DNA from: Planctomycetales bacterium
Lineage (GTDB): Bacteria; Planctomycetota; Planctomycetia; Isosphaerales; Isosphaeraceae
Direction: 5' to 3'
Length of the DNA stretch: 64,000 nucleotides
NCBI GenBank assembly: GCA_027449865.1
Contig: DAIDKV010000004.1
Location: forward strand, 8,253-72,252
Shown: positions 19,433 to 30,539 of the stretch, piece after piece
How positions within the stretch are numbered: the first letter of the stretch is position 1
How the letters are laid out: each line of letters starts with the position of its first letter
Position numbers and translations under genes: made by a program
Notes under the pieces: model-generated
The model's database searches: none
Told to the model about the DNA's origin: nothing
What the model saw: the letters and a program-made list of their open reading frames with translations, nothing else

Positions 19433-21643
19433 ATGATGAAATTCCTTGGCATTCCCGTCCTTCCGCGTGTTCTGTGGGCGAGCGGAACGGCGGCCCTCCT
19501 GCTAACCATGGGGGCCACTGGAACCGCCGCTCCCCGGCAGGACCAGAAAGCGGCGAAGTCCGAACAGGCGAAGCCCGCCCCGGTGAAGCTCGGACTCCTG
19601 ATCAACGAGCCGAAGGCTCTCAAGGGCTACACCCTCATCTCCCCGTTCGACTCGACCGCTTCCTTCCTGCTGGACATGGAAGGTCGCGTCGTGCACTCGT
19701 GGGAGGCGGGCTGTCCGCCGGCGCTCTCGGCCTTCCTGCTCGAAAACGGCCATCTGATCCGTCCCGGCTCGATCGGCGACGATGCCAGCGTTTTCGGACC
19801 CGGGCCGGGTACCGGCGGACGCATCCAGGAATTCACCTGGGACGGCGACCTCGTCTGGGACTTCCGGTTCTACAACCCGAAACAGCTCCCCCACCATGAC
19901 ATCACGCGGCTGCCCAACGGCAACTTTCTGCTGGTCGTCTGGGATCGGAAGACCGCCGAGGAGGCCATCGCCGCCGGTCGACGGCCCGAGATGACCGGCG
20001 ACCGACACTTCATGCCCGACTCGCTCGTGGAAATCCACCCGACCGGCAAGACCTCCGGCGAGGTCGTCTGGGAATGGCACCTCTGGGACCACCTGATCCA
20101 GGATGCCGACCCCACCAAGGCCAACTTCGGCGATGTCGCCGCTCATCCGGAGCGGGTCGATATTAACTTCTGGGAAGACGAAAACATCTCGGTGACCGCC
20201 GCCTGGCAGGGGGACAACCCGGCAAAAAAGACCGACGGTCCACCCACGAAAAAAGCCGATGGCCCACCCGCGAAGAAAACCGATAGCCCGCCCGCGAAGA
20301 ACCAGAAGCCCCGGATCGACCCCGATTTCACGCACTTCAACGGCATCTCGTACAACCCGGATCTCGACCAGATCGCCATGAGCGTCTGGGCCTTCAGCGA
20401 GGTCTGGATCATCGACCACGGCACGACGACCGCCGAGGCCGCCAGCCATTCCGGCGGACGCAGGGGCCGCGGCGGCGATCTCCTCTACCGATGGGGTAAC
20501 CCGGTCGCCTACCGGGCCGGTACTCGGGCCGACCGAAGGCTCTTCAACCAGCACAACACCCACTGGATTCCCGCCGGACTCCCCGGCGCGGGGCATCTGA
20601 TGCTCTTCAACAACGGCGGGAAGCGGCCGGATGGCCCCTACTCGTCGGTGGACGAGCTGATCCTCCCCGTCAATTCGGAGGGGCGATACGATCGCAAGCC
20701 TGGCAAGCCCTTCGGCCCGGATGGACCCTTCTGGAGATACACCGCGCCGAAGAAGTCCGACTTCTTTTCCTCGTTCATCTCCGGGGCGCAGCGGCTCCCG
20801 AACCGCAACACGCTCATCTGCTCGGGCGCCAATGGCACGATCTTCGAGGTGACGCCGGAGAATCAGATCGTCTGGAAGTACATCAATCCGATCAAGGGCG
20901 ACACGCCGATGGGCCCGCCCCGACGGCCAGGCCAGATCCTCACGCCGATCGCCGGAGAAATTCTCGGGATCTCCGCCGACCAGCGCAAGCAGATCGACGA
21001 GGTCCAGGGCGATATCGACGCCCACCTGGACCGCCTCCTCTCGGCCGAACAGAAGAAGCAGGCGGCCGCGCCTCGGGCGCCGGGCGGCCCAGGTTCCGGG
21101 CCGCAAAATCGGCCAGGCCAGGTGCTTGCCCTCGCCGAGCAGGACCGCCTGAAACTGACCGACGACCAGAAAAAGGACATGCTCGCCCTTCAGAAATCGG
21201 TGGAGGCCCGGTTCGACCGGCTTCTGACCCCGACACAAAGGAAGCAGATTACGACCGTCTTCGCCCAGCATGATCCGACACCCGGCGCTCCCGGCGGCGG
21301 CGAGGCTCCGCAACCCGGCAAGCTCTTCTCCTCGTCTCAGCAGGACGCCCTGAAGCTCTCCACGGAACAGAAAGCACGTCTGGAGGCGATGCAGAAGGAG
21401 ATTGATGCGAGACTCGAAACCCTGCTCACCGAGGATCAGAAAAAGCAGCTTCAAGCGATGCAACACCGTCCGCCCGGCGGCCCAGGTCCGAATGGTCCCC
21501 CGGGCGGTCGCCCGCTCTTCCGCGCCTATCGATATGCGGCCAGCTTCCCCGGCTTCGCGGGCCGGGAGATGAAACCCGGAAAACCCCTGGAGGAATGGCA
21601 GCCGAAAGGTGCCGACGCGAAGGTGGCCGCGAAGGGGGGTTGA
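19433..21643 (+). CDS. ASST-type aryl-sulfate sulfotransferase-like beta-propeller fused to a C-terminal 3x LTXXQ (Spy/CpxP-like) repeat region
   Basis: Signal peptide. ASST motifs 'HHDITRLPNGNFLLV', 'WEWHLWDHLIQD', 'IIDHGTTTAEAASHSGG..GGDLLYRWGNP', 'RLPNRNTLICSG..GTIFEV'. From about 20930 there are three repeats of the form 'L.L(T/S)..Q+..+..+Q..+.AR(L/F)..LLT..Q+KQ'. Confidence 0.8.
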   Translation: MMKFLGIPVLPRVLWASGTAALLLTMGATGTAAPRQDQKAAKSEQAKPAPVKLGLLINEPKALKGYTLISPFDSTASFLLDMEGRVVHSWEAGCPPALSAFLLENGHLIRPGSIGDDASVFGPGPGTGGRIQEFTWDGDLVWDFRFYNPKQLPHHDITRLPNGNFLLVVWDRKTAEEAIAAGRRPEMTGDRHFMPDSLVEIHPTGKTSGEVVWEWHLWDHLIQDADPTKANFGDVAAHPERVDINFWEDENISVTAAWQGDNPAKKTDGPPTKKADGPPAKKTDSPPAKNQKPRIDPDFTHFNGISYNPDLDQIAMSVWAFSEVWIIDHGTTTAEAASHSGGRRGRGGDLLYRWGNPVAYRAGTRADRRLFNQHNTHWIPAGLPGAGHLMLFNNGGKRPDGPYSSVDELILPVNSEGRYDRKPGKPFGPDGPFWRYTAPKKSDFFSSFISGAQRLPNRNTLICSGANGTIFEVTPENQIVWKYINPIKGDTPMGPPRRPGQILTPIAGEILGISADQRKQIDEVQGDIDAHLDRLLSAEQKKQAAAPRAPGGPGSGPQNRPGQVLALAEQDRLKLTDDQKKDMLALQKSVEARFDRLLTPTQRKQITTVFAQHDPTPGAPGGGEAPQPGKLFSSSQQDALKLSTEQKARLEAMQKEIDARLETLLTEDQKKQLQAMQHRPPGGPGPNGPPGGRPLFRAYRYAASFPGFAGREMKPGKPLEEWQPKGADAKVAAKGG
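20225..20296 (+). repeat. in-frame 3 x 24-bp tandem repeat inside the ASST gene
   Basis: Encodes KKTDGPPT / KKADGPPA / KKTDSPPA. Unit boundaries are 20225, 20249 and 20273. Confidence 0.8.
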
Positions 21644-21676
21644 GAGCGATTTGAGGCTCCCCCCGCCGCTCTCTCC

Positions 21677-21685
21677 TGGTAGAAT
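21677..21685 (+). promoter_or_regulatory. candidate extended -10 promoter element for fabI
   Basis: TGgTAGAAT lies 55 nt upstream of the fabI ATG. No convincing -35 at canonical spacing. Confidence 0.3.
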
Positions 21686-21740
21686 GCGACCAAACCGGTT
21701 TGACGGTCTTGCCATCGTATTTCGAAGGGGGAGCGGCGGG

Positions 21741-22619
21741 ATGGGTCTGTTCACGGGGAAAAAGGGGCTGGTTCTGGGCGTCGCGAACGATTTCAGCATC
21801 GCCTGGGCGATCAGCAAGAAGCTGCACGAGGAGGGCGCCGAACTTGGCTTCACCCACCTCCCCGGCGACAAGATGGAGCGTCGCGTTCGCAAGCTGGCCG
21901 ACCCCATCGGCGCGAAGCTGATCACGCCCTGCGACGTCCAGAAAGACGAGGACGTCGCCCGCATCTTCGCCGAGGCGAAGCAGACCTACGGCCAGCTCGA
22001 CTTCGTCCTGCACTCGATCGCGTTTGCCCCGATCGACGACCTCAAATGCCCGTTCGTGAACGCCAGCCGGGAAGGCTTCAAGACGGCGATGGACATCAGC
22101 GTGTACTCGCTGGCGATCGTCGCCCGGCATGCGGCCGAGGTGATGCCCGACGGCGGCTCGATCGTCACCCTCACCTACTTCGGCGGCGAGCGCGTCGTCC
22201 CTGGTTATAACATGATGGGCGTCTGCAAGGCGGCGCTCGACGCCTCGGTGAAGTACCTGGCGTTTGACCTCGGGCCCAGGAAGATCCGGGTCAACGCGGT
22301 CTCGGCCGGGCCGGTGAAGACGCTGGCGGCCTCGGCGGTCGGCGACTTCGACAAGCTCGGCGGCCTTTATGAAATGGCCGCGCCAATGGACCGGAACATC
22401 ACCCGAGAAGAAGTCGGCGCCGCTGGGATGTTCCTTCTCTCCGACCTCGCGAGCGGGATCAGCGGCGAGATCATGCACGTCGACTGCGGCTACAACGTGA
22501 TGGGTTCGCCAGGCCGGGCGGTTGAGAAGGTCAAGGGTCTGATCCTCTCGAAGGTGGAGGCCGCGAATCCCGACCTGGCCGCCTCCCTCCGAAACGACGA
22601 CGATCTGAAGCGGCTATGA
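21741..22619 (+). CDS. fabI: enoyl-[acyl-carrier-protein] reductase (NADH), FabI
   Basis: 'GKKGLVLGVANDFSIAWAI', 'LDFVLHSIAFAP' and 'YNMMGVCKAALDASVKYLA' (catalytic Y-x6-K). GGAGCGGCGGG lies upstream of the ATG. Confidence 0.9.
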   Translation: MGLFTGKKGLVLGVANDFSIAWAISKKLHEEGAELGFTHLPGDKMERRVRKLADPIGAKLITPCDVQKDEDVARIFAEAKQTYGQLDFVLHSIAFAPIDDLKCPFVNASREGFKTAMDISVYSLAIVARHAAEVMPDGGSIVTLTYFGGERVVPGYNMMGVCKAALDASVKYLAFDLGPRKIRVNAVSAGPVKTLAASAVGDFDKLGGLYEMAAPMDRNITREEVGAAGMFLLSDLASGISGEIMHVDCGYNVMGSPGRAVEKVKGLILSKVEAANPDLAASLRNDDDLKRL

Positions 22620-23032
22620 GCGCCGGCGAGGCTTTGATCCGCGGCGGAATCGGCCTGATCCGCCGCGGCAATTCGTTTTTGATCCGCCGACGGCCCGCCG
22701 GAACCATCTACGCCGGATACTGGGAGTTCCCCGGCGGCAAGCTCGAAGGCGACGAGACCCCGGCCGAGGCCACGGCCCGCGAATGCCTCGAAGAGACCGG
22801 CCTGACGATCGTGGTCGGCCGCCAGCGCCGGGTCGTCACCCACCGCTATCCCCACGGGCTGGTCGAGCTGACCTTTCACGACTGCGAGACCGAAGATCCA
22901 GCCGCCGAGCCCGACCCGGCGACCGGCTTCCTCTGGGTCCCGATCGACCAGCTCGCCAGCCTGACCTTCCCCGAGGCCAACGAGCCGATCCTCGAAGAAC
23001 TCGCCCGCGAGCATCGCGAGACCATCCGTTGA
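22616..23032 (+). CDS. mutT: Nudix hydrolase (MutT/8-oxo-dGTP diphosphatase-like)
   Basis: Nudix box 'GGKLEGDETPAEATARECLEETGL'. ATGA overlap with the fabI stop. Confidence 0.8.
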   Translation: MSAGEALIRGGIGLIRRGNSFLIRRRPAGTIYAGYWEFPGGKLEGDETPAEATARECLEETGLTIVVGRQRRVVTHRYPHGLVELTFHDCETEDPAAEPDPATGFLWVPIDQLASLTFPEANEPILEELAREHRETIR

Positions 23033-23059
23033 TGGCTGGGGCTACCTGGGAGCCCGCGA

Positions 23060-24451
23060 TCACATCGCCCCCGTCGCGGCGGATTCGTCCAGAACCTCGC
23101 CGAGGCTCTGATCGAGGATCGCGACCATCTCGTCGATCTGCTCGGCCGTCGAAATCAGAGGCGGACCAAAAGCGATCCAGTTCGGATCGAAACGGCAAAG
23201 CAAACCGTGGTCGAGAGCCCGACGGCCGACCTTCACGCCGAAACCGTCCGCGAACGGCTGTCGCGTGGCGCGGTCCTGGACGAATTCCACCGCCTGAAAC
23301 AAACCCTTGCCCCGAATATCGCCGATCACGCCGTACTTCGCCGCGAGCCCCTCGAAGCCCGCCCGGAGCCGCTCGCCCTGGCGCCTGGCGTTGCCCAGAA
23401 GATCGCGCTCGAGGATCTCGCGAAGAACGGCGATCCCAGCGGCGCAGGAAATCGGGTTCCCCTCGAAGGTGTGGCCCTCGACGAATCCCGGATTTTCCTC
23501 GATCGGTCCCCAGAAGGCGTCAGCGATCGGACGCCGGCAGATCATCGCCGAAAGCGGAGCATAACCGCCGCTCAGCCCCTTCGCCGTGCAAAGAACATCC
23601 GGCACGACACCGAACGTCTCCGCGGCGAACATCCGCCCGGTCCGGCCCACTCCGGTGATGATCTCATCGAAAATGAGCAGAATGTTGTGGCGATCACAGA
23701 TCGCTCGGAGGATCGGTAAATACTCGTCGGGCGGGTCGATCACTCCGCCGGTGTGGCCGATCGGCTCGACCATGACCGCGGCCACCGTCGCCGGATCCTC
23801 CATCGCGATCACCTGCTCGACAATCGTGGCACAGGTCACGCCGCAATCGGGGTACGCCTTGCCGAACGGGCACCGATAACAGGTCGGCGGAAAAACGTGA
23901 AGAAACCCTGGCGCCATCGGCTCATTGACCGTCTTCCGCGACTTCAATCCCGAGGCCGAGAGCGAGGCCAGCGTCGAGCCGTGCCACGACTGGTATCGGC
24001 TGATGATTTTGTACTTGCCCGGCGATCCTGTCAGGCGATGATACTGGCGGGCGAGCTTGATGGCGGCCTCGGTCACCTCCGATCCGCCGCACTGAAACTT
24101 GACCGTCGAGAGGTCGCCCGGAGTCAGCTCGGCCAGCAGGTTGGCAAGCTGGATGGCGACCGGGTTGGTCCCGTGCATCGGCGGCGAGAAGTGCAGAACG
24201 TCAAGCTGCCGGCGGATCGCCTCGATCACGCGGCGGTTGTTGTGGCCCACCGAGGCGACATAGATCCCCGAAAGCGCATCAAGATAGCGCCGGCCCTGAA
24301 CGTCCCAGTAATGGACGCCGTCCGCCCGGGCCATGATGAGCGGGCGCTTCGACCACTCGGCCATCTGGTCGCGCACGAAGATCTGGCGCAGGAACCGCTC
24401 CTCGGTGACCTGAGCCTCGGCGATCAGGTCGATCGTCGTCGCTGTGGACAT
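23060..24451 (-). CDS. class-III (omega) aminotransferase, PLP-dependent
   Basis: 'YLDALSGIYVASVGHNN', 'FQCGGSEVTEAAIKLAR', 'LIFDEIITGVGRTG', 'DVLCTAKGLSGGY' (PLP lysine). The start is set at MSTATT. Confidence 0.87.
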   Translation of the reverse strand: MSTATTIDLIAEAQVTEERFLRQIFVRDQMAEWSKRPLIMARADGVHYWDVQGRRYLDALSGIYVASVGHNNRRVIEAIRRQLDVLHFSPPMHGTNPVAIQLANLLAELTPGDLSTVKFQCGGSEVTEAAIKLARQYHRLTGSPGKYKIISRYQSWHGSTLASLSASGLKSRKTVNEPMAPGFLHVFPPTCYRCPFGKAYPDCGVTCATIVEQVIAMEDPATVAAVMVEPIGHTGGVIDPPDEYLPILRAICDRHNILLIFDEIITGVGRTGRMFAAETFGVVPDVLCTAKGLSGGYAPLSAMICRRPIADAFWGPIEENPGFVEGHTFEGNPISCAAGIAVLREILERDLLGNARRQGERLRAGFEGLAAKYGVIGDIRGKGLFQAVEFVQDRATRQPFADGFGVKVGRRALDHGLLCRFDPNWIAFGPPLISTAEQIDEMVAILDQSLGEVLDESAATGAM

Positions 24452-24712
24452 GCGTCGCCTCACTCCTCGGGCGGAATCGTCCACCGTGGTTTTCGAGAGG
24501 ATCAGCCGACGTCGGCCAATTCACGCTCGATCGCATCCCTCGCCGCGGAGAACTCCCTCCCGAACCGATCTTCCCGGTCCTGCGCCGGCGACGCAAGACC
24601 TGGTCGCGCCACGCTCGAGAGAGGAGGGCCTGGTCCCCCTGGGATCGGAGGACGATTCCGATTAGGATGAGGTACGCCTACCGAACCCTACTCGCCTTCA
24701 GGGACCAACCCC

Positions 24713-27373
24713 GTGAATCGAAACGGCGAAGGCATTCTGGCTCGACGATCCGGCGGCCTGGCCCTGGCGGTCGGGTTGCTGGCGATCTCCTCGGCGCGCG
24801 CGGCCGATCGCGTCGACTACGCCCGGCAGGTCAAACCGATACTCACCGCCCGATGCTTCGCCTGCCACGGAGCGCTGAAGCAGGAGTCCGGATTGCGCGT
24901 CGACACCGCGAGGGCGATGCTCGCCGGAGGTGAAGGCGGGCCAGCGGTCGTCCCAGGATCGGCCGGCGAGAGCCCGCTCATCGATCGGGTGTGCGGCGAG
25001 GGCGGCGATCGAATGCCGCCGACCAGCGAGGGCGTCGGGCTCGCGGCCGATCAGATCGCCGTTCTGAGAGCCTGGATCGAGCAGGGCGCGCGGGCCCCGG
25101 CCGACGAGACGCCCGAGCCCGACCCACGCGACCACTGGGCCTTCCGCCCTCCAGCGCGTCCGGTGGTGCCGCCCTCCCCGGGAGGCAACCCGATCGACGC
25201 CTTCCTCGCGAAGCGATGGGTCGATCAAAACCTGAAACCACAGCCGCCCGCCGAGAAGGGGATTTGGCTCCGACGGGTCACGCTCGACCTGATCGGCGTG
25301 CCGCCGACCGACGCCGATCGATCCGCCTTCGAGGCCGATCGATCACCCGACGCCTGCGAAAAAGTCGTCGACCGATTGCTCGCGAGCCCCCACCACGGCG
25401 AGCGATGGGGACGTCACTGGCTCGATGTCTGGCGATACAGCGACTGGTGGGGCCTCGGGCAGGAGCTACGAAACAGCCAGAAACATATCTGGCACTGGCG
25501 AGACTGGGTCGTCGAATCGCTCAACCAGGACGTCGGCTACGACGAGATGATCCGCGCGATGCTCGCCGCCGACGAGCAGACGCCGAACGACCTCGGCCGC
25601 CTCCGCGCGACCGGATTCCTCGCTCGACCCTATTTCCTCTTCAACCGAAACACCTGGCTCGAAGAGGTGGTCGAGCACACGGGCAAGGCCTTCCTCGGCC
25701 TGACCCTCAACTGCGCGAAGTGCCACGACCACAAGTACGACCCGATCGGCCAGCCAGACTACTACCGCTTCCGCGCCTTCTTCGAGCCGTATCAACTACG
25801 GACCGACGTCCTCCCCGGCTCGACAGACCTCGACCGCGACGGCCTCCCGCGCGCCTTCGATGGCAACCCTGACGCCCCCACGTTCCTCTTCATCCGGGGC
25901 GACGAGCGGCGGCCGAGGAAGGATCGGCCGATCAAGCCGGGCCTGCCCGCACTGCTGGCGCCGGAAGGAATCACGATCGAGCCGGTCGAGTTGCCGACCG
26001 AAGCCGCGTCGCCAGGTTTGCGAGCGTTCGTCGTCCGGGATCTCTTGAACGAAGCCGACGCCAGGGTCAAGGCCGCCCGATCGGCCCAATCGACGGCCCT
26101 GATCCGATCGGCCGTCGCTTCGGCCCGATCCCTCGTCGGCTCGACCCAGGGCCCGGACCTCGCCAACGTCCCCGCCTGGATTCTCGCGACCAGGGCGCTC
26201 GAGTCGGCTGAGTCCCATCGTGTTTCCCTTCGCGCCCGAGCCGATGCGGATCGGGCGCGGGCCCAGAATCTCCCCGCCAGCGCCCTCATGGCGAGGGCCT
26301 CGAAACTCGCACGGCAAGCGGCCCTCGCAAAGGCCGAGGAGGATCTCGCCCTGGCGATCTTCGCGGCCGGAAAGAACGAGAGCAAGAAACGTGACGCCGC
26401 CCGAAAGGCCGTCGAGGAGGCCCGCAAGAGGCTCGACGCTCCGGGAGATTTCTACACGCCGATCGCCGGCGCCCGGAAGTCGGCCGAGTCGAATGTCGAA
26501 ACGGCCGAATCGAAGGCCCGACGCTTCCCAACGACCAGCACCGGCCGACGATCGGCGCTGGCCCGATGGATCGCCGATCGAAAAAACCCGCTCACGGCCC
26601 GGGTGGCGGTGAATCATGTCTGGATGCGGCACTTCGGCGCGCCGATCGTGCCGACCGTCGCCGACTTCGGCCGGAAAGGGACGCCGCCGACCCACCCCGA
26701 GCTGCTCGACTGGCTCGCCGTCGACTTCATGGAACATGGCTGGAGCATGAAGCGGCTGCATCGGCTGATCGTCACGTCCGACGCCTACCGGCGGACATCG
26801 TCCGCCCGAGGAGCCGATCCCGCGACGCTCGCCGCCGACCCCGAAAACCGCCTCTACTGGCGGATGAACCCGACCCGAATGGAGGCACAGGTCGTCCGCG
26901 ATAGCCTGCTCAGCCTGGCCGACTCGCTCGACCAGACATTGGGCGGGCCGACCGTCCCCACGAAGGACGAATCCTCGCGAAGACGCAGCCTCTACTTCTT
27001 CCACTCCCACAACGACTATCCGAAATTCCTGGCGACGTTCGACGACGCGAGCGTCCTCGAATGTTATCGGCGATCCGAAAGCATCGTCCCGGCCCAGGCG
27101 CTGGCCCTCTCGAACAGCAAGCTCGCCCTCGCGATGGCCGGCCGAATCGCCGATCAGATCGCCAGATCAAAGAATCCGGATTTCATCCGAGCGGCTTTCG
27201 AAAGAGTTCTCGGCGAGGCTCCGACCTCGGCCGAGCGCGCGACCTGCGAGCAGGCCCTCGCGCAATGGCGAGTCCTTCTGAAGGCACGCGGCCTGGCCGA
27301 CCCAGACCAGCGCGCCCAGGTCAACCTTGTGCAAGCGCTTCTGAATCATAACGACTTCGTCACCATCCGATAG
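24713..27373 (+). CDS. PSCyt / DUF1549 / DUF1553 domain protein (second copy)
   Basis: GTG start, signal peptide, 'CFACHG', '[13 protein letters not shown]', '[14 protein letters not shown]', '[18 protein letters not shown]'. Same architecture as 8863-11193. Confidence 0.87.
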   Translation: MNRNGEGILARRSGGLALAVGLLAISSARAADRVDYARQVKPILTARCFACHGALKQESGLRVDTARAMLAGGEGGPAVVPGSAGESPLIDRVCGEGGDRMPPTSEGVGLAADQIAVLRAWIEQGARAPADETPEPDPRDHWAFRPPARPVVPPSPGGNPIDAFLAKRWVDQNLKPQPPAEKGIWLRRVTLDLIGVPPTDADRSAFEADRSPDACEKVVDRLLASPHHGERWGRHWLDVWRYSDWWGLGQELRNSQKHIWHWRDWVVESLNQDVGYDEMIRAMLAADEQTPNDLGRLRATGFLARPYFLFNRNTWLEEVVEHTGKAFLGLTLNCAKCHDHKYDPIGQPDYYRFRAFFEPYQLRTDVLPGSTDLDRDGLPRAFDGNPDAPTFLFIRGDERRPRKDRPIKPGLPALLAPEGITIEPVELPTEAASPGLRAFVVRDLLNEADARVKAARSAQSTALIRSAVASARSLVGSTQGPDLANVPAWILATRALESAESHRVSLRARADADRARAQNLPASALMARASKLARQAALAKAEEDLALAIFAAGKNESKKRDAARKAVEEARKRLDAPGDFYTPIAGARKSAESNVETAESKARRFPTTSTGRRSALARWIADRKNPLTARVAVNHVWMRHFGAPIVPTVADFGRKGTPPTHPELLDWLAVDFMEHGWSMKRLHRLIVTSDAYRRTSSARGADPATLAADPENRLYWRMNPTRMEAQVVRDSLLSLADSLDQTLGGPTVPTKDESSRRRSLYFFHSHNDYPKFLATFDDASVLECYRRSESIVPAQALALSNSKLALAMAGRIADQIARSKNPDFIRAAFERVLGEAPTSAERATCEQALAQWRVLLKARGLADPDQRAQVNLVQALLNHNDFVTIR

Positions 27374-27384
27374 GGGCCGAGCCC

Positions 27385-28839
27385 ATGCCGTACCCTGGAC
27401 CTGCCCCCAGCCGACGCGACTTTCTCGGCGGTCTCGGCACCAGCTTCGCCGGGCTCGCCCTCGCCGCGATCCTGCACCGCGACCGCGTCTCGCTCGGCGC
27501 CGAGGCCGGATGGTCGCCCCCAGACGGCAAGCCTCACTTTCCGCCAAAAGCGCGGTCGGTTATCTGGCTCTTCATGAACGGCGGCGTCAGCCACCTGGAG
27601 ACATTCGACCCCAAGCCCGAGCTGAACAGGTACGCCGGCAAGACGATCGAGGCCACGCCCTACAAGAGCGCGCTCGACCCGAAAAAGCTGGCCCTCTCCC
27701 GGGTGGTGGTCGTCAACGACGCCAACGGCCAGCAGCGAAACACGCTCTTCCCCACGCAGGTCGGCTTCAAGAAATACGGTCAGAGCGGGATCGAGGTGAG
27801 CGACTGGCTACCGCGCCTCGGCGGCTGCGTCGACGATCTCGCCGTGGTCCGGTCGATCTACACGACCGACAACAACCACGGAGCTCAGACGCAATTCCAC
27901 TCGGGCCGGCACATGCTCGATGGCGAGTTTCCCAACCTCGGCGCCTGGGTCCATTACGGGCTCGGCACGCTCAACGACGACCTCCCGCAATACGTCTCGA
28001 TCGGGCACCGCGAGTACTGGAACAAATCCGACGGCCACTACCTCGGCCCCGAGCACGACGCCGTCCCGATTCGGGTCGATCCGACCAGCCCGCTCGACTA
28101 CGCCCGTCCCGAGGGGGATCTCAGCACCGACGAGCAGCGGCTGGGCTTCTCGCTGGTCGACCGCCTCGACCGCCTTCGCGGCGACTCCTATCCGGGCGAT
28201 CCCGCGCTCGCGGCGCGGATCAAGTCCTATGAGCTGGCCTTCCGCATGCAGCGGTCGCTTCCCGAGGCCCTCGACTTCCGCGGCGAGCCCGAATCGACGC
28301 GAGGACTCTACGGCCTGGACGATCCGGCCTCTCGACCGTTCGGCGAGCAACTCCTGGCGACAAGGCGTCTCGTCGAGCGCGGCGTCCGCTTCATCCAGGT
28401 GCAGCACGGGGCAGGGGGCGCCGGCGTCTGGGACGCTCACAGTGGCCTCCGAAACAATCACGCCGCCAACTGCCGGAAGATCGACCAGCCCATCGCCGGC
28501 CTGCTGATCGATCTGAAGCGGCGGGGCCTGCTCGACGAAACCCTGGTCGTCTTCGGCACCGAGTTCGGCCGGACGCCCGGATCCCAGGGCGGCGACGGCC
28601 GCGATCACCACATCTACGGCTTCACCGTCTGGATGGCCGGCGGCGGCCTGAAGCGCGGCGTCGTCCACGGCGCCACCGACGAGATCGGCTTCCACGCCGT
28701 CGAAAATCGCCACTACGTCACCGACATCCACGCGACGATCCTGCATCAACTCGGCCTCGACAGCCGGCGCCTCGAACTTCCCGGCCGCAAGCGGCTCGAC
28801 ATCGACCACGGCCAGCCGATCCGCGAGATCCTCGCCTGA
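27385..28839 (+). CDS. DUF1501 domain protein (second copy)
   Basis: '[19 protein letters not shown]' Tat-like leader, '[15 protein letters not shown]', 'FGTEFGRTP...GRDHH'. It starts 11 nt after the DUF1553 gene. Confidence 0.87.
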   Translation: MPYPGPAPSRRDFLGGLGTSFAGLALAAILHRDRVSLGAEAGWSPPDGKPHFPPKARSVIWLFMNGGVSHLETFDPKPELNRYAGKTIEATPYKSALDPKKLALSRVVVVNDANGQQRNTLFPTQVGFKKYGQSGIEVSDWLPRLGGCVDDLAVVRSIYTTDNNHGAQTQFHSGRHMLDGEFPNLGAWVHYGLGTLNDDLPQYVSIGHREYWNKSDGHYLGPEHDAVPIRVDPTSPLDYARPEGDLSTDEQRLGFSLVDRLDRLRGDSYPGDPALAARIKSYELAFRMQRSLPEALDFRGEPESTRGLYGLDDPASRPFGEQLLATRRLVERGVRFIQVQHGAGGAGVWDAHSGLRNNHAANCRKIDQPIAGLLIDLKRRGLLDETLVVFGTEFGRTPGSQGGDGRDHHIYGFTVWMAGGGLKRGVVHGATDEIGFHAVENRHYVTDIHATILHQLGLDSRRLELPGRKRLDIDHGQPIREILA

Positions 28840-28939
28840 ACCCCGACGACGTCCCCACGACACCTCCTGGTACAATGAATTCCTCACCCGGCGGGCCGTC
28901 CCGCCGAGCACGGCTCAGGGGCCCAGGTTCAGGTGGAAG

Positions 28940-30403
28940 ATGTCCGTCGAGCATTTCGATGTCCTCATCGTCGGCGCGGGAATTTCCGGAATCGCAGCCG
29001 GCTATTACCTGCAAAAACACTCCCCGTCCCGGAATTACGCCATCCTCGAAGGACGCGAGGACCTCGGCGGAACCTGGAGCCTCTTCCAATATCCCGGCGT
29101 CCGATCCGACTCCGATATGTTCACGCTCGGATACTCGTTCCGACCATGGGAAGACGCCAGGTCGATCGCCGAAGGCCCCGCCATCCTCGAGTACCTGCGC
29201 GCGACCGCCCGGGAGTTCGGCATCGACCGCCGCATCCGCTTCGGCCATCGAGTCCTCTCCGCCTCGTGGTCCTCGACCGAAGGCCGCTGGACGATCGAGG
29301 CCAGGATCGGCGACCGCGAGGACCCGGTCCGGTTGACCTGCCAGTTTCTCTTCATGTGCAGCGGCTATTATAACTATCAGGAAGGCTATCTGCCCGAATT
29401 CGCCGGTCGCGACGACTTCCGGGGACGGATCGTCCACCCGCAGCACTGGCCCGCGGATCTCGACAGCCGGGATCGTCGCGTGGTGGTGATCGGCAGCGGT
29501 GCCACGGCGGTCACGCTGGTCCCCGCGCTGGCGAAGACCGCCGCGCACGTCACAATGCTCCAGCGATCCCCCTCGTACATCCTCTCCATCCCCGCCGAGG
29601 ACCACGCCGCCCGGTCGATCCGCCGCTACTTTCCCGGCCGGATCGGGCACGCGCTCATTCGATGGAAGAATATTCTGCTATCGATGTCCCTCTATCGGTT
29701 TTGCCGCCAGAAGCCCGAACAGGCGAAACAGCTCCTGCGTCGGGGCCTGGTCCGGCATTTGCCCCCCGAGATCGACCTCGAAACGCACTTCCAGCCGCGG
29801 TACGAGCCCTGGGACCAACGCCTCTGCTTCGTCCCCGACGGCGACTTTTTCCGGGCGATCCGCTCGGGGCTCGCCTCGGTGGTCACCGATGAGGTGGAAC
29901 GGTTCACGCCCGAGGGGATCCTCCTGAAATCCGGACGCGAGATCCCGGCCGACATCATCGTCACCGCGACCGGCCTGAACCTCCTGGCCTGGGGCGGAAT
30001 TCGGATGGACGTGGATGGCCAGGTCCTGGAACCGGCCCGATGCCTGACCTACCGGGGCGTAATGCTCGGCAACGTTCCCAACGCCGCCTTCTGCGCCGGC
30101 TATGCCAACAATTCGTGGACCTTGCGCGCCGAGCTGGTGGCGAAGTACGTCTGCCGGCTCCTGAATCACATGAAGCGCCGAAAATATGATCGATGCGTCC
30201 CACGATGCGAGCTGAATCCAGAGACCGCGCAGGAGTTGCTCCCGCTGACTTCCGGGTACGTCCGCCGCGGGTCTGGGGCACTCGTGAAACAGGGGACCCA
30301 ATCGCCCTGGATCATGCCCCAAAATTATCTGCGCGACCTGCTCAACCTTCGATGGACACGCTTGAACGATGGCGTCCTGAAGTTCACCCGGGCCACCCGA
30401 TAA
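28940..30403 (+). CDS. flavin-dependent (Baeyer-Villiger/FMO-type) monooxygenase
   Basis: FAD 'VGAGISG', 'DLGGTW', BVMO fingerprint 'FRGRIVHPQHWP' (FxGxxxHxxxW[P]), NADPH 'VIGSGATA'. Confidence 0.85.
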   Translation: MSVEHFDVLIVGAGISGIAAGYYLQKHSPSRNYAILEGREDLGGTWSLFQYPGVRSDSDMFTLGYSFRPWEDARSIAEGPAILEYLRATAREFGIDRRIRFGHRVLSASWSSTEGRWTIEARIGDREDPVRLTCQFLFMCSGYYNYQEGYLPEFAGRDDFRGRIVHPQHWPADLDSRDRRVVVIGSGATAVTLVPALAKTAAHVTMLQRSPSYILSIPAEDHAARSIRRYFPGRIGHALIRWKNILLSMSLYRFCRQKPEQAKQLLRRGLVRHLPPEIDLETHFQPRYEPWDQRLCFVPDGDFFRAIRSGLASVVTDEVERFTPEGILLKSGREIPADIIVTATGLNLLAWGGIRMDVDGQVLEPARCLTYRGVMLGNVPNAAFCAGYANNSWTLRAELVAKYVCRLLNHMKRRKYDRCVPRCELNPETAQELLPLTSGYVRRGSGALVKQGTQSPWIMPQNYLRDLLNLRWTRLNDGVLKFTRATR

Positions 30404-30539
30404 GGGCCTGCCGGGCCTCCGGGTCGCCGAGGCGGACGGCACTCTCGCCGAAGGCTCTCGGCGACTGTACGATGTCCGGGTCGATCGATCCGAAGGATTC
30501 GATCCCCCGACCCCACCCAGGAGCCGGCTGAGTGCCGGG

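Noticed and set aside
19502-21964. 820-aa minus-strand ORF. Similar very long shadow ORFs: 13186-14640(-), 17306-19135(+), 8770-9867(-), 10219-11385(-), 25796-27010(-), 34115-36730(+), 52040-53218(-), 53348-54991(-), 54867-56924(+), 58645-60021(+).
   Set aside because: All lie antisense to, or out of frame with, ORFs that carry clear family motifs. Their translations are Arg/Gly/Pro/Asp-rich low-complexity sequence, as expected from stop-codon-poor frames in high-GC DNA.
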